From NCBI GenBank assembly GCA_028534125.1, contig CM052816.1:7504001-7568000 (forward strand): a DNA stretch of 64,000 nt, read 5' to 3'. Source of the stretch: Lama glama. Its lineage: Eukaryota. A program made the position numbers and the translations under genes. Of this stretch, positions 1-13,600 are shown piece after piece; positions within the stretch are counted from its first letter, which is position 1, and each line of letters begins with the position of its first letter. The notes beneath the pieces were generated by a model. It saw nothing but the letters and a program-made list of their open reading frames with translations, was not told the origin of the DNA and searched no databases.

Positions 1-484
1 TCCCCTTTTTTCTTTTTTTTTTATATTACACATATAAATGATATCATATGGTATTTTTCTTTCTCTTTCTGGCTTACTTCACTTAGAATGACAATCTCCA
101 TGTCCATCCACGTTGCTGCAAATGGCATTATTTTATTCTTTTTTATCACCAAGTAGTATTCCATTGTATAAATTTACCACATCTTCTTTATCCAGTCATC
201 TATCAATGGACATTTAGGTTGTTTACATTTCTGGCTATTGTATATACTGCTGCAATGAACTTTGGGGTGCAGGTATCTTTTCAAATTAAGAGTACCATCC
301 AGATATATGTCCAGGAGTAGGATTGCTGGATCATAAGTCTATTTTTAGTCTTTTGAGGAATCTCCATACTGTTTTCCAAAATGGCTGCACCAAACGACAT
401 TCCCACCAGCCCTGTAGGGTTCCCTTTTCTCCATACCCTCTCCAGCATTTATCATTTGTGTACTTTTTAAAGATGGCTATTCTG

Positions 485-589
485 CAATGAGTGTGTATAT
501 GTCCATGAATGACTGAAAAATTGTGCTGAACACTGGAATTTGACACAACATTGTAAAATGATTATAAATCAATAAAAAATGTTAAAAAA
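485..589 (+). mobile_element. Short young L1 3'-tail insertion with target-site duplication
   Basis: Ends AATAAAAAATGTTAAAAAA; flanked by ATGGCTATTCTG at 473-484 and 590-601; interrupts the older L1. Confidence 0.85.
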
Positions 590-1717
590 ATGGCTATTCT
601 GATTGGTATGAGGTAATACCTCATTGTAGTTTTGATTTGCATTTATCTGATTAGTGATATTGAGTATTTTTTCATGTACCTATTGGCCATTTGTATCTCT
701 TCATTGCTTGTTTAGGTCTTTTGCCCATTTTTGGATTGGGTTGTTTGTTTTTTTGTTATTAAGTTGTATGAGCTATTTATATATTCTGGAAATTAAGCCC
801 TTGTCAGTCTCATCATTTACTAATATTTTCTCCCATTCTGTAGGTTGTCATTTTGTTTTGTTCATGGTTTCCTTTGCTGTGCAAAAGCTTGTAAGTTTAA
901 TTAGGCCCCATTTGTTAGTTTTTGCTTTTATTTCTATTGCCTGGGTAGACTGCCCTGGGAGAACATTCCCAAGATTTATGTCAGAGAATGTTTTGCCTAT
1001 GTTTTCTTCTAGTAGGTTTACAGTATCTTGTCTTATGTTTAAGTCTATAAGCCATTTTGAATTTACTTTTGTGTATGGAGTGAGGGAGTATTCTAACTTC
1101 ATTGATTTACATGCTGCTATCCAGTTTCCCAAAACCACTTGCTGAAGAGACTGTCTTTTCCCCATTGTATATTCTTGCCTCCTTTGTCAAAGATTAATTG
1201 ACCATAGGTCTGTGGATTTATTTCTGGGCTCTCTATTCTGTTCCATTGATCCATATATCTGTTTTCATTACCAATACCATGCTGTTTTGATGACTGTAGC
1301 TCTGTAATATTGTCTGAAGTCTGGGAGGGTTATTCCTCCAGCTTCATTCTTTTTCTTTAGTATTGCTTTGGCAGTTTGGAGTCTTTTGTGATTCCATATA
1401 AATTTTGAGATTATTTGTTCTAGTTCTGTGAAAAATGTCATGGGTAATTTGATAGGGATAGCATTAAATCTGTAGATTGCCTTGGGCAGTATGGCCATTT
1501 TAACAGTAGTGATTCTTCCAATTGAAGATCATGGGATAGATTTCCATTTCTTTAAGTCATCTTTCATTTCCTTAATCAGTATTTTATAGTTTTCCATGTA
1601 TAAGTCTTTCATCTCCTTGGTCAGATTTATTCCTAAGTATTTTATTGTTTTGGATGTGATTTTAAAAGGGATTGTTTCTTTACTTTCTTTTTCTGATATT
1701 TCACTATTAGTGTGAAG

Positions 1718-1807
1718 GAATGACTGAAAAATTGTGCTGAACACTGGAATTTGACACAACATTGTAAAATGATTATAAATCAATAAAAAATGTTAAAAAA
1801 AAAAAAA
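1718..1807 (+). mobile_element. Second short young L1 3'-tail insertion
   Basis: Identical to 507-590 plus a longer poly-A; interrupts L1 ORF2 sequence. Confidence 0.8.
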
Positions 1808-2994
1808 GAAATGGAACTGACTTCTATGTTAATCTTGTATAGTGCTACCTTGCAGAATTCTTTTATCAACTCTAGTAGTTTTTGTGTGGAAACTTTAGGG
1901 TTTTCTGTATATAGTATCATGTCATCTGCATATAGTGGCAATTTTACCTCTTCTCTTCCAATTTGGATCCCTTTTTCTTGCCTGATTGCTGTGGCTAGGA
2001 CTTCCAAAACTATGTTGAATAGAAGTGGTGAGAGTGGGCATTGTTGTCTTGTTCTAGATTTTAGTGGGAAGGTTTTCAGTTTCACCAGAGTGTTAAGCTG
2101 GCTGTGGGTTTGTCATAAGGAGCTTTTATTCTGCTGAGATATGTTCCCTCTATACCCATTTTGGTAAGAGTTTTTATCATGAATGGATGTTGAATTTTAT
2201 CAAATGCTTTTTCTGCATCTATTGAGATAATCATGTGATTTCTGTCCTTTCGTTGACGTGGTGTATCACATTGATTTGTGTAGGTTGAACCATCCTGTAT
2301 CCCTGGGATCAATCCAACTTAATCATGGTGTACGATCTTTGTCATGAGGTCTGTTTTTACTATGAGTGGTTGTCAGCATCTGTGTGTTGGCTGTTATCCC
2401 TTTGATTGGGGGTGTAGCCAGTGTTGTGGTGATCGATTTCATTTTTTTTACTCTTAGACCCTGATTCATTTGGAGTTTATTCTTGAATATGGTGTATAAA
2501 GTATGGATCTACTTTCAGCATTTTCCAAGTGGCTCTCCAGTTGGCTCAGCACCATTTATTTAAAAATCCACTTTGCCCTGTGATTTGAGATTTCTCAACC
2601 ACCCCATCCCAAGACTTGGAGGAACATCTGAGTCAAGAACAACTGAGCTACTGAGAGTCCATGCTGGGACAAGAGCTAAAATAAGACTGTGAGAATGATA
2701 CCCAAAGATCCAGGAGGGGAAAAAAGGCTGGAGAGGTCACACTGCAAAGGGAAGGCTCAAAGGCCAACCAGGGAAGCTGGATGGTGATGGGACAGGATGA
2801 AGCAGAGGTAACAAGCAGCTCATGAGACAGAAACAGAAGTTAGTTCCTGAAATCTTCTTGGCTCCCTGTCCCGCGGCCACAACCTTCCAGACAGACACAG
2901 CCCACCTCAAAGGAGCTTCGGAAAATCCTGAGATGTGCTCAATGAGAAAATGTACAGCCATGACAGAGGAGGAATTCTCAGAAAGTTAAAAAGA

Positions 2995-3000
2995 TTTATT
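2995..3000 (-). terminator. Candidate polyadenylation signal AATAAA for GM2A (3'UTR about 1.45 kb)
   Basis: First minus-strand AATAAA that I found downstream of the stop codon, followed by a U-rich stretch. Confidence 0.5.
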
Positions 3001-4447
3001 ATCATTCCAGGCTTCAATGAACCCACAACCCAGGGTTGATCATGAGTGAGAACAGTGTCATGGTAGGACAGGACGGTGAACAAACCCAGGCAGCTGGCAT
3101 AAGTCCACCTCTCTTCACTGGATCCCCACTCCACACAGCAGCTGCTAGAGGTCCAACTCTTCAGCATCTACCCCACTCATCCTGGCAGTGCTCCAAGGCC
3201 AGGGAGGCAGCCTCATTTTCCCTGAGCTCACATCTCTGAGGCTGCATCTACCCCCACAACACTGGAGGAGGCTTCTAGGGTCAGACATGATGGATTTGGC
3301 CCATTGGAAGGAGAAACAGTGCCAGAGGAGTTGTCTCCAGGCAAAAAGGACAAGGCATACCTGTTCTTACATCCAGGGTCACAAATTGGCCACCCATGAG
3401 TCAGACTTCCCCACTGACAGGTCTGTTTGGCCCCTTCTGCCTGCTCAGTGTTTCAAAAAATAACTCATTGCCAGTATTTAAAAATTGATTTCATATAAAA
3501 GTCTGGACTTCTGGCTTCTCTCAGGAAAAAAGAATTCAGAATATTTGGCAATGTTGGACCCACATTCTCATGTGGTACTTACTGGCCATAGCTAGACAGC
3601 AGCTGCCCTACTGACTGGATGTGCACTTTCCAACTCACCCCAGTCCCACATCCCTGATTATAACCCCAGTGGGAGTGGGCAGCAGCTGCCTCAGATCAGT
3701 GCTGTTATACAAAAGTAGAATGGAAGACGTGCCCAGAAGCAACATGTTCCTCCTGGTCATCACTCACTAATGCCTTGTGCTTAGCCCTGCAGGCACCTGA
3801 GTTTGCAGACCATCTTAAACACATAAAGCACTCTCAAATATCTCTCCCACCACATGGCCTGCCTCTCCAGGATACACTGTGCCTCACTGTTAACTGGGCA
3901 AGTCTAGAAAAGAACACTAAATTAATCATAGAAGTTAATGGAAGAATAGACTGAGATCAACTACTTTAGGCCCTTCATTGTAAGAGGGGTTGAAGTAAAA
4001 TGAAAACTGTTAATACCGTCATTCTGCTTTTAGGCTGGTCAGTGACATAAAAAAAGGCAATGAGAAAACCATAAAGGTACTTCAGGAAGACGTGACTGGG
4101 TCAGTCTGAACTTGGGGTCACAAAACATGTTAGTCCAATTCCTTGACGGTTTAGCAAACAAGTTAAGCTCTTAGAAAGCAATAGGGATGAGAAAGAAAAT
4201 GCAGTGGCCAGCCCAGTAGATGGCCTGGGGTGTCAAAAAGCACCGGCTTATCCTCCCTTAGGTTAGGGCTGCTTGTCCACACCTAATAATTGTGTAAATG
4301 GCATAAAATGTGACTGTGACTTTCAGAGAGGGGAGCATCATCATTGTAGAAAGGGGCTTGAAAAAGGACAGACAGTAGAATTTGGCCAGTGCCAGCATAA
4401 GACAGAGACATTCACGCCCTCTTCATTCCACTGTGGCAGGTTCCACC

Positions 4448-4603
4448 TTATCTGGCCTTTAGGGAGAAAGAGATCTTGACGCAGGCCAGATGGTTCCCGC
4501 CGCTGCTCAGTTTGCTCTTGATTCGGTAGTTCCCGGTGCTGAGCCAGGCAGGCAGCTGCAGGCTGGGGAGCTCGATGTTACTCCTGGGCATTATGTAGAC
4601 GCC
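4448..4603 (-). CDS. GM2A: GM2A coding exon 4 (GVYIMP...SLKAR*)
   Basis: CAG acceptor (ctg 4604-4606), stop TAA at 4450-4448, [12 protein letters not shown] motif. Confidence 0.95.
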   Translation of the reverse strand, partial: GVYIMPRSNIELPSLQLPAWLSTGNYRIKSKLSSGGNHLACVKISFSLKAR

Positions 4604-7600
4604 CTGCAGGAAAGGCAGTGGACCACAGGTCATTGGGAGCCTATGGACAGTACACTCTCCTGGAGTGACCTCTAGGGTGGCAGCCAGGAACTACCCCTCC
4701 TCCCACTCTCCTAAGAGCACGGAATGTGACGACAGTAAAAGGGCACTGGAGGTCAAATCCAGCTTCATGTCTCCCATTCCACAGATGCATGAACCAAGGC
4801 CTCCAAAAGATAAAGTGATTCAGGATAGTCCTATCAGTTAACATCCATAGATATGCAGATTTGCAGGAGAATGTCTCCACACCACATGCCTCTACCCCAG
4901 CCACAGTAATGCTCTCCTCTCCCTATACTTACTGCTTTTAAGGGACAGTGGCAGGGAAGCCCATAGGTGTGCAAAGGTTCTGGGCAGGGACTCCCAGGGG
5001 GAATTAAGTCATCAAGTGTATCACAGATGTTCTCATAGATGCAGCTACCAGTTTGTTCCACACATGGTATTTTAATCCAGATGCCAGCCACTTCCTTCTC
5101 CACAGTTAATTCCACCTGGTGAGAGAGTTGGAGAAAAAGTGTAAAATTCCAAGGCAAACATAGCAGCTCCTCTGCCTTCTTTAAAGGTCAGCATCTTATT
5201 TTAATCACAGAATTTTGAACTGGATGGGATCTTGGAGATATCTCATTTCTGATCCAAAAATGACAATATTGTGGCACCTGCCCCAATACTATCCTTTCTT
5301 GTGCCCATGGCAGACATTAACAATCAAATGTGACTTTTTCTCTCCCTGCAATGAACCACGGTCTTAGAATTTTTTCAGTGGTCACTGCCCATTGATGGAA
5401 GTTGAAATGCACTTGTCATCTAATTGTTTAACTGGCATCTAATGCACTGCTCATTGGCTAACTGTGGCACTGCTTCTAAACTTTCCTTCTGAGCCCAGTC
5501 TTGGCTTCAGAACCTTTTCCTAACAGAACTTCAGGAAGCTACCATCAGCTGATTGGAGTTGGTTACCAAGATGAAACCTATGTGCTATTCTTGGATCCTG
5601 TTTTCTCTGTACAGCCATAGAAGACAGAACTTAAAGCAGTAGGAATTTATAGGGAGATTATTTTGGGGACTGGTGTTAGGAAGATCTTCATAATCACACT
5701 GAGGAAGAGGTGGGCTCCCTGGACCCACCCAGCTGGAAAAGCTACAAAAGGACCCCTGCAGCCAGAGAGAAGCTGAATGAGAAGATCTATGAGTGCTTCG
5801 CACCTCCATGCTGCCACAGTCCTGCTCTGTTCTGGAGGTTAGGGCTGAGCCAGCTGTGCCGGGCATGTGCAAAGCATTCACTAAGTATTAGCTGCCTAAG
5901 AGCCAAATGACTTGTCCCTTAGGACCATGTTCGTATGCCCCCACCCCAAAGATATTGGGGAAAATTGTAAGGAAAGGACAGGAGGAGTTTAATCTCATTC
6001 CCTGTGGGTGTTCTGGCTAGAAACCACTCTTGGCTGTGACATTCCAGCATTCTTTGAATCCCAGCCTCCAGGCTCACATGATTCAGGGCTTCTGTTTCTA
6101 AGAGATAAATCCTAGATGGGCATGTCCCTTAGGACCATGTTTGTATTCCCCACCCCAAAGATATTGGGGAAAATTGTAAGGAAAGGGCAGGAGGAGTTTA
6201 ATCTCATTCCCTGTGGGTGTGTTCTGGCTAGAAACCACTCTTGGCTGTGACATTCCAGCATTCTTTGAATCCCAGCCTCCAGGCTCACATGATTCAGGGC
6301 TTCTGTTTCTAAGAGATAAATCCTAGATGGGCACTTACTCCTCCAGACCCTGCTGGGCTCAGGCTGGCTCCCCAGGCTGACAACTCAGTCTTCCACCTGC
6401 CCCAGGTGTCAGGACCCAGGCCCAGGAGGAAGGGTCAGCCGCACCCTATATCCTGAGTGGACAAACTCAAATTTGTCGCATCCCACTCTGCTGACATAAT
6501 GTTTCCGCCACCCGTATTCCCCCTCCCAGCCCTCCTCTCTCCTCTCCTGCCAAGCCTGCTCCAACCCCTTTACCTAGGAAGAGCAGAGGGCCTGGGTGGA
6601 ATGCTACTTCAGCTACTTCCTAGTATGGTGCCCTTGGGGAATTTCTTCTTATCTCCATTCCCAAATAAAATGGGATATTTTAAAGTGTCTGCCTCTTTAC
6701 GAGGTCCCATTGAGTGAGACAATGCTGGTAAAACACTCTGCATAGTGCCTGAAATCCAAAAATTACCTCCTACTGGACTACCTCTCCCTTAGCCAATACC
6801 CATCCTTGTTTTGCCAATAGTCCAATGAAAGTTAGGCCAGTTATGTCCTGAACAAGAACACCAGTCCTGCCTGGGCTCCTCCCACCAGACTGGAAGCCTC
6901 TGAGGCTGCATCCACCAGAAGGAGCCATGCCTCTCCCAGCCAGGATAAGCACGGCACAGACGTACTCAGCGGGGCTCAACAAACTTAAGGCAACAGCCAT
7001 GCTTACCATTTGGGAACTACCAACCATGGCTCATTTTCCAGTCCTCGTTCTCAGTCTGCTTGCTCATATGGCTCAGAAGAGCAAGCAATGCTGAGTAATG
7101 AGGGACCACCAACCCCTCTCATCCAAGACTTCCTTGGCACCTCCACAGCTCTACCTAAATAAACTAGTGTCATGGGACCAGCTTTGACAAGACAGAGACA
7201 CCGATCTGTAATGGAATCAGGATGCCCACACCTGCCAGAGCCCTTGGGCAAGTCCCTTTCCCTTCTCAAGCCTCTGTTCCTCCATCTTGGCCATGGAGTA
7301 TTTGCATCTCATGATCTTGAAGAGATACACAGACCTACCAGTTCTGACATCCTAACGGTCAAAATTTCTTACATATTAAAAACAATGTCTCCTTCTCTTG
7401 GCCTCTAGCTCCAGGCTAGGCACACAAGGCTCTAGATAAAGACCCACTGATAGCCACTGACTTGAAGGGGAGCCATTTGATGAGACTGGGGAGGGCTCAG
7501 GCAGAGGCATTGCAGGTACAGTGTAAAAAAAGTTAAACCATCAGGTCTGAAAGCCACAAGTCTAAAAGCCTGAAATAAGTGTGCATGCCAAATGCAGCAG

Positions 7601-10600
7601 TGATTTACAATTCCTGAGGATGGGGAAACCAAGGTCTCAGAGGGTGGAACTTGAGAGCTCAAAGAAAGGAGTTCTAAATTATGCCAAAGCCTGTGGAACA
7701 CATCAAAAGAAGAAAAGGGAGTTCCTGGACAGACTCCATCCTTGCCCATGGCTCACAGAATCTGGGGCATCTAACTTCAAAAAATTTCAACTGGGGTTAA
7801 GGCCATCCAGGTCCCAGATGGGGTTTTTGATTAAAGAAATGTCACTTCAGCAAGATCAAGTGGCTCTCCTGCCACTAACAGGCTGCGTGGCCAGGACCAG
7901 TCACTCCTCTCTGGGCCCTAGTAACAAGGGTAGTAGCCATTGACGTCAAGAGCCCTCCAGGCTTATGCAGTGCTTGAGTCTAGGTGGCTCTCCTGGGTGG
8001 TCTTTGCTGGCAAGGAGAAAGTCCTGGGGTACTCCCCTGCAAAAACTCCAACCATTAATTCCACCACCCTGCCAGAAAGAGCTCGGGGACAGGAAATATG
8101 GGATAAAGACACCAGCCTAGAATGCTGACCTGGGGTAAGTTACACCTTTCTCTGAACCTCAGGGTCCCTTATCTGTAAAATGAGGCTAATCATCTTTTTC
8201 TCCTGTGAGTGGTGAGAGGCCTTCCTTTAATAGCTAGTATGCATATTCCTTGAATCAAAAACATATGCAAAAGAGAAATGTAGGAGGAAGGGGCAGTGGG
8301 AATCTGAGTTCAATTTTTACAAAGCTCAATGGCCCAAGTTTATGAGAAGTAATAAAGGACAGACTTATGATGGCTCAACTTGCAATTTTTTGATTGTACG
8401 ATGGTGAAAAGAAATATACACTCAGTAGAAATTGTACTTCCAATTTTGAAGTTTGGTCTAGGGCTAGCGACACACACTACTATCCCCTCTAGTGGGATTA
8501 TACGCTCCCAAGTCTGCCACATGATCACGAGGGTAAACAGCTGACGTACTTAAACCGTGCTGTTTTTCACTTTTAGTATAGTGTTCCACGAATTACATAA
8601 GATACTCAGCTCTTTATCATAAAGTAGGCTTTGTGTTGGATGATCTTGCCCAACCAGAGGGAAATTTAAGTGTTCTGAGCATGGTTAATTATGCTGTTCA
8701 GTATGTTAAGTGTATTAAATGCATTTTATACTTGCAATATTTTCAACTTATGACAGGTTTATTGGGATGTAACGCCTTCGTAAGCTGAGGAAGATATGTA
8801 ATAGAAAAGGGAGTAGGAGGTGGGGGGAACCATCTTAACAAACTGCAAAGAAACCAGGAAAAGCAGGCTGGGGGAGAAAGAGTTTTCCAGCTTTCTCCTT
8901 CCAAGTCAGCTGCACTTCATCAGCTTCTTGGAAATGCTCGCAGTTTGCATGGCAACGGCGGGGAGATATGCATGGTGGCCAGCCCACTAAGGAGCCCTAT
9001 AATCCAGACTCAGTGGAGGGAGCATGGAAATGTGTGACCTGGTAGAAGATCACTTGAAGAATAGCTAAAGAAAATGCAGTGGCCTCGCCTGGAGAAGACC
9101 TGGAAAGAAGTGCGAGGGAACACAGAGCCTGAGAACCATCTGCATATACAGGACTCTGGGTCAAAGCGGCCACAGGAAGAGACTGATACTAAATGAAATT
9201 CTAACAAGTCTAACACATACTGAGCAGGTCTTGTGGGCCAGGCCATGTGCAAAGCACTCTCCATGTAATCAACTCAGTAATCGCTCAAAGAAACCTATGA
9301 GGCAGGGGCTGTGCTTAACCAAGTCAAAATGTAGTTTCAGGGACACTGGTTCCAAATCAGAAAACTTTCAAAGAGTTAAAAGAAACTGGTGGCAGAAAAG
9401 ATCTTCAGGACAGGCTGAAGGCATAAGAATATGGTATAAAGGTGGCAATTCAAACCAGTGAGGAAAGGACTACAATGTATGGAGTTGCAATGGATACGTA
9501 GAAAGCCTCTATTGTTCTGTATGGAAACATGCAAGTATCCACCCCCAGCAGACATGAACGAACTGGTTATATCCTCAAAGAAAATACAAAGGCAAATAAA
9601 CTTAGGCAAGGACATTTAACCTCATTAGGGATGACATAAAAGACTGGAAAAGATTTTGAGAAAATGGTCACTATCAACAAATGTGTGGAAATAGGCAAAA
9701 ATCTCTTGTTGCTGGTTAGAGGATAAACAGGTTCAGACATCGGGAGGCACATTGGCAATATGTATAAAAAGACCTAAAAAGTCTATGTCTAGATAATCAG
9801 AAAAGTATAAAAAGATGCATGACAAGGGTACTTTCCGCAGAGGTGTTTATATATATAGCCAAAAAACAAATAAAAATCTACCCTGGAAACAAACTAAATG
9901 TCTGACAACAGATTTCTTAAGCAGATTATGCCATCTACAACAGAATATTTCTGCCACTAAAAATGATTAGGTAGATCTACTCAAATGCCATAAAAAGAGG
10001 TGAAACATAGTATGATACCCAAAAAAAGCAAGTTTAATCATGTCACATTAATCCCATTAGTATCAATGTAGAAAAAATTCTGACAGGATACATAAATAGC
10101 TAATAATGATTATCTTGTGAGGAGTTAGACTGCAAGAGGGCATTTACAGGGAGCACTGCGTATTTATATAAATATATATATGTAAGTCCATTCAAAATTA
10201 ATATGTATGCTATACGCCATGGTATGGAAGAAAGTTCCAAAGACTAACCTACAAAGTGTTAAAAATGTGTATCCCTTATCCACAAGGTAGTGAGATTTCA
10301 GGTGATTTCTTTTATTTTCCCCCCTTTTTGACTGTGTTTTGTAAAGTGACTACATATTACTTGCTAATTGATGAGTCTGTTTCATAATTAACAACACCAC
10401 TAAAAGCAAACTGCCCAGCCCGAGCTGGCTATCAGACAGTCTACAAATCTACACTTCCTTTGCAGCTCTGGGGTTCCAGGATTCCAAAATTACTCATAGT
10501 TCCTGAGTATACATTCCTCAGGACCCTGCCTTCTGACCAATGGCACCTTCCCTCCAGCACCTCCCCATCCCCGACCCCTCTCCCAGCCCCCAGGCTTACC

Positions 10601-13600
10601 TTCTGAGGACTATTGAGGCGGATAATGGTCTTGACATCAACACTGACAGTCGCGGTCCCAGGAATTTTAATAGGGTCAGGTTCCAGAATCAGGTTATTTA
10701 ACACTACGGGGTCCTTCTCCTCACCACAGTTTTCCCAGGAAAAGCCACCAAGCTGGGAGAGCCAAAGACAATAAGGCAATAAGAAAAGAGAAAATAAAAA
10801 TTGACAAAAGGAACTCTCACAGGTCAGAAGAATCAACAGAACAAGTTACTGCCAATGTGCGCTTGGGTGAGGTACCTACCTGCCCTCTCTGAGCTGCATC
10901 TGCAACTCCACATCTATAAACCTGCGATGACACTGGTCCTACCCATGTCATAAGCAGGACTAAACTAAAAGACGCAAAAGACACAATCTCCCAAAAGTGT
11001 GCTGTGAACTACAGAGCACAATATAACTGACCTTCAACCTCAAAACAGGAGAGTAACCACATCTGCCTTTGGTAGATATCTTCTCTGATCCCCCACCTCT
11101 CTGCTCCCCACTCCTCTCAAGCCAGTCTTGGCATCTCCTTAGAAGAAAATTCCTAGAGGATTCACCTTTGCAGCCCATGCCCAGGACCTTATTGGTGTCA
11201 CACCCCCGATCCAGTCCAGGGCCAGGAACAATAGAAGCACAGAGCACACCGGGAAACCTAGCAGCATCCAACACCCCACCCTCAGAGGGGTGCATTAGCC
11301 CAGGGAGGGACTAAAACACACACGAAAGTTCCCAGGGGGCCGCTTGTTGATGAACAATCCCCGGTGAACAAACTTCCCCAGTCCTAACCAGGGCTATCTT
11401 ACTCCCATCCCATTGCTCACACCTTCCACCACCAACCCCTCACCCCGAGTCACCCCCTCTCCTCTGCTGAGCCATATCTCCTCCTCTTCCTCTGAACCCC
11501 CAAGAAGTCCCCTGATTCCACCATCGTGTCTAACTACACATGACCACTGACTCCCCTCTTCCCCAGAACCCTGATCTTTAACACTTCCTACACCGTGCAG
11601 ACTCTGCCCATCTACTCACACCTTTCCCAGGCCCCTGAAGGCCACCTTCAAGAGACTTTCAGCATTCCCACCATGCACATTCCATCTTAGAAGGAAAACC
11701 TGCCGGTCCTACATCCCCACGCTGACTCACCTCACCAATACACTCACAGTTAGGTGGGTCAAAACAGAATACCTAACCCCAGCTAGGCTGACAGATTCTC
11801 TCTGCCTCCAATTTGGGAATTGAGACAGAGGCAAAATCACTCAGAGGGCTTTGGGCTTTGTCATGGGGTCATAGCTTTAAGATTGGGCCAGAACATCTAG
11901 ACCCACGACCAAGCCAAAAGGACAAAAACAAAGGATTCTGCTGGTCTATGGAAAACAGAATGGATGGAGTCACCCTTCCCCCCTCTACTGGACCCCTCAT
12001 CTAAATAGCAGCCAAGGCATGTTTTTTGGGGTGAGATATGGGGTAAATCAAGGCTTTAGTCAGCAGACGTGGGTTGAAATCATTGCTCAGCCATGCAAAT
12101 GCGTATCCTGTGACTCTAAAACCAGTTTCCCCTTTGGAATTGCAATTTCCACACCTTTTAAGTGGAGTCATTTATACTTTCCTCTCAGACCTTACAAGGG
12201 TAAGAACACGTACATAAAGTTTATAACACAATGCCAGGCACAAAGCATGAGCTGGCTCCCTAAATAACAGCCATTAGACATCCTAGTCTCCACTTCCTGC
12301 CATTAGCTCCATGAGATTCCTTGTATACCTGGAATAAACTTCCCTTTACTTGAGCTTCTTGGAATGAGTTCTGTCCCTTGGAATGAAACATCATGCCGTG
12401 ACTAAAAAGCAGGACAGGGTCTGATTCATCCCTGTGATCCCCAAGGCCCCTTAGGCAGGATAGGTACCCACAAGTGTCTCCTTCAACATGCATTCCACAG
12501 ATATTTATGGAGCAATGATCAAGGCCCAGGGCTAAGTGCTGTTAATAGAGGTAAACAATTAGAAATGTGCCTGCCTTGCCGTGAAGTGCTTACAGTCTAA
12601 TGTAACTAAATATTTACGATGATCTCAGGGTGCCATAAAAGAAACTAATAGAGGGGCATGTTGAGAGTAACAAAGGACTCACTAAAATAGGGAGATGAGG
12701 AAATGATGCTTAAGCTGGACTCATGCAAGACGAGGAGTCAGCGATGCAGTACAAAGAGAAAGAAGGTTCAAGCAGAAGGAACATGGGCAAAGGCCCTATA
12801 GTGGAAAGACACTCAGATGCTCTGGACTCTACAAAGAAGGCCAGTGGACATGTAATGAATGAGGCACCCAGATGAGCTCAGAGGGGTGGCAGGACCTCAC
12901 AAATCATAGTAGGAGGCTGGATTTCCTGTAAGTGCAATGGGACTCCATTGCAGGAGAGCGCCATGCTCTGGTTTATGGTTGAAAACGGATGGCAGAGGGT
13001 CAAGTCTGGAAGTACAGAGACCAGTCAGGATTCTACTATCAAATGAAAGAGTGCCTGGGATTAAGAGCTGGGCTGGAGGGTGGGGAGGAGGACTAGCCAT
13101 TTTCTGGAGCTGCTTTCAGAGATTCCAAGGCAGCCTGATTCACACTGAGGACTGATTCCAGGCTGGAGGCAGTGTCCATTGTGCCCTGCTCCCACCTTCC
13201 CCCAGGCCCTGGTTTTCCCTGAGGTTTCCAATGCCTGACTACAGGCTTCTGTGGCAATGGATTCTGCAGCTGAGTCCAGCCTCATCCAGAAAAAGGAAGT
13301 ATGAAGGATTAGCAATGCCCCCTGAGGGCAGGCCTGCCACCAGATTGTTTGTCTTCCCAGCCTAGGCCAACATGTGGGAAGAGGCAGCATATGGCAGAGG
13401 GGGAAGGCACAGCTGTGGAGGCAGAAATATGGGTCCAGATCAGAGACCTGGATTAAAGTTATACCTCAGTCACTCTCACTAACAGACCATGGATCAGTTA
13501 ACCTCTCTTGAGGCTCAATTTCCTCATCTATTCAATGGTCATAATTAAATTTTCTCACAGGGCTACTATAAGAGTGAGAAGCTTGTACACAGAAAGTATA

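Larger units (their letters stand above)
1..2345 (-). mobile_element. 5'-truncated degenerate LINE-1 (ORF2 RT/C-terminal region plus 3'UTR)
   Basis: Minus-strand ORF fragments match L1 ORF2: [69 protein letters not shown]. Frameshifted; poly-T at the window start. Confidence 0.95.

Noticed and set aside
654..2312. ORFs of 76-163 aa, including reverse-transcriptase motifs
   Set aside because: Frameshifted L1 ORF2 remnants or their antisense frames; not an intact RT gene.
5913..6333. Direct repeats considered as a CRISPR-like array or LTR pair
   Set aside because: Only two abutting units, no spacers or internal region, and a eukaryotic context.
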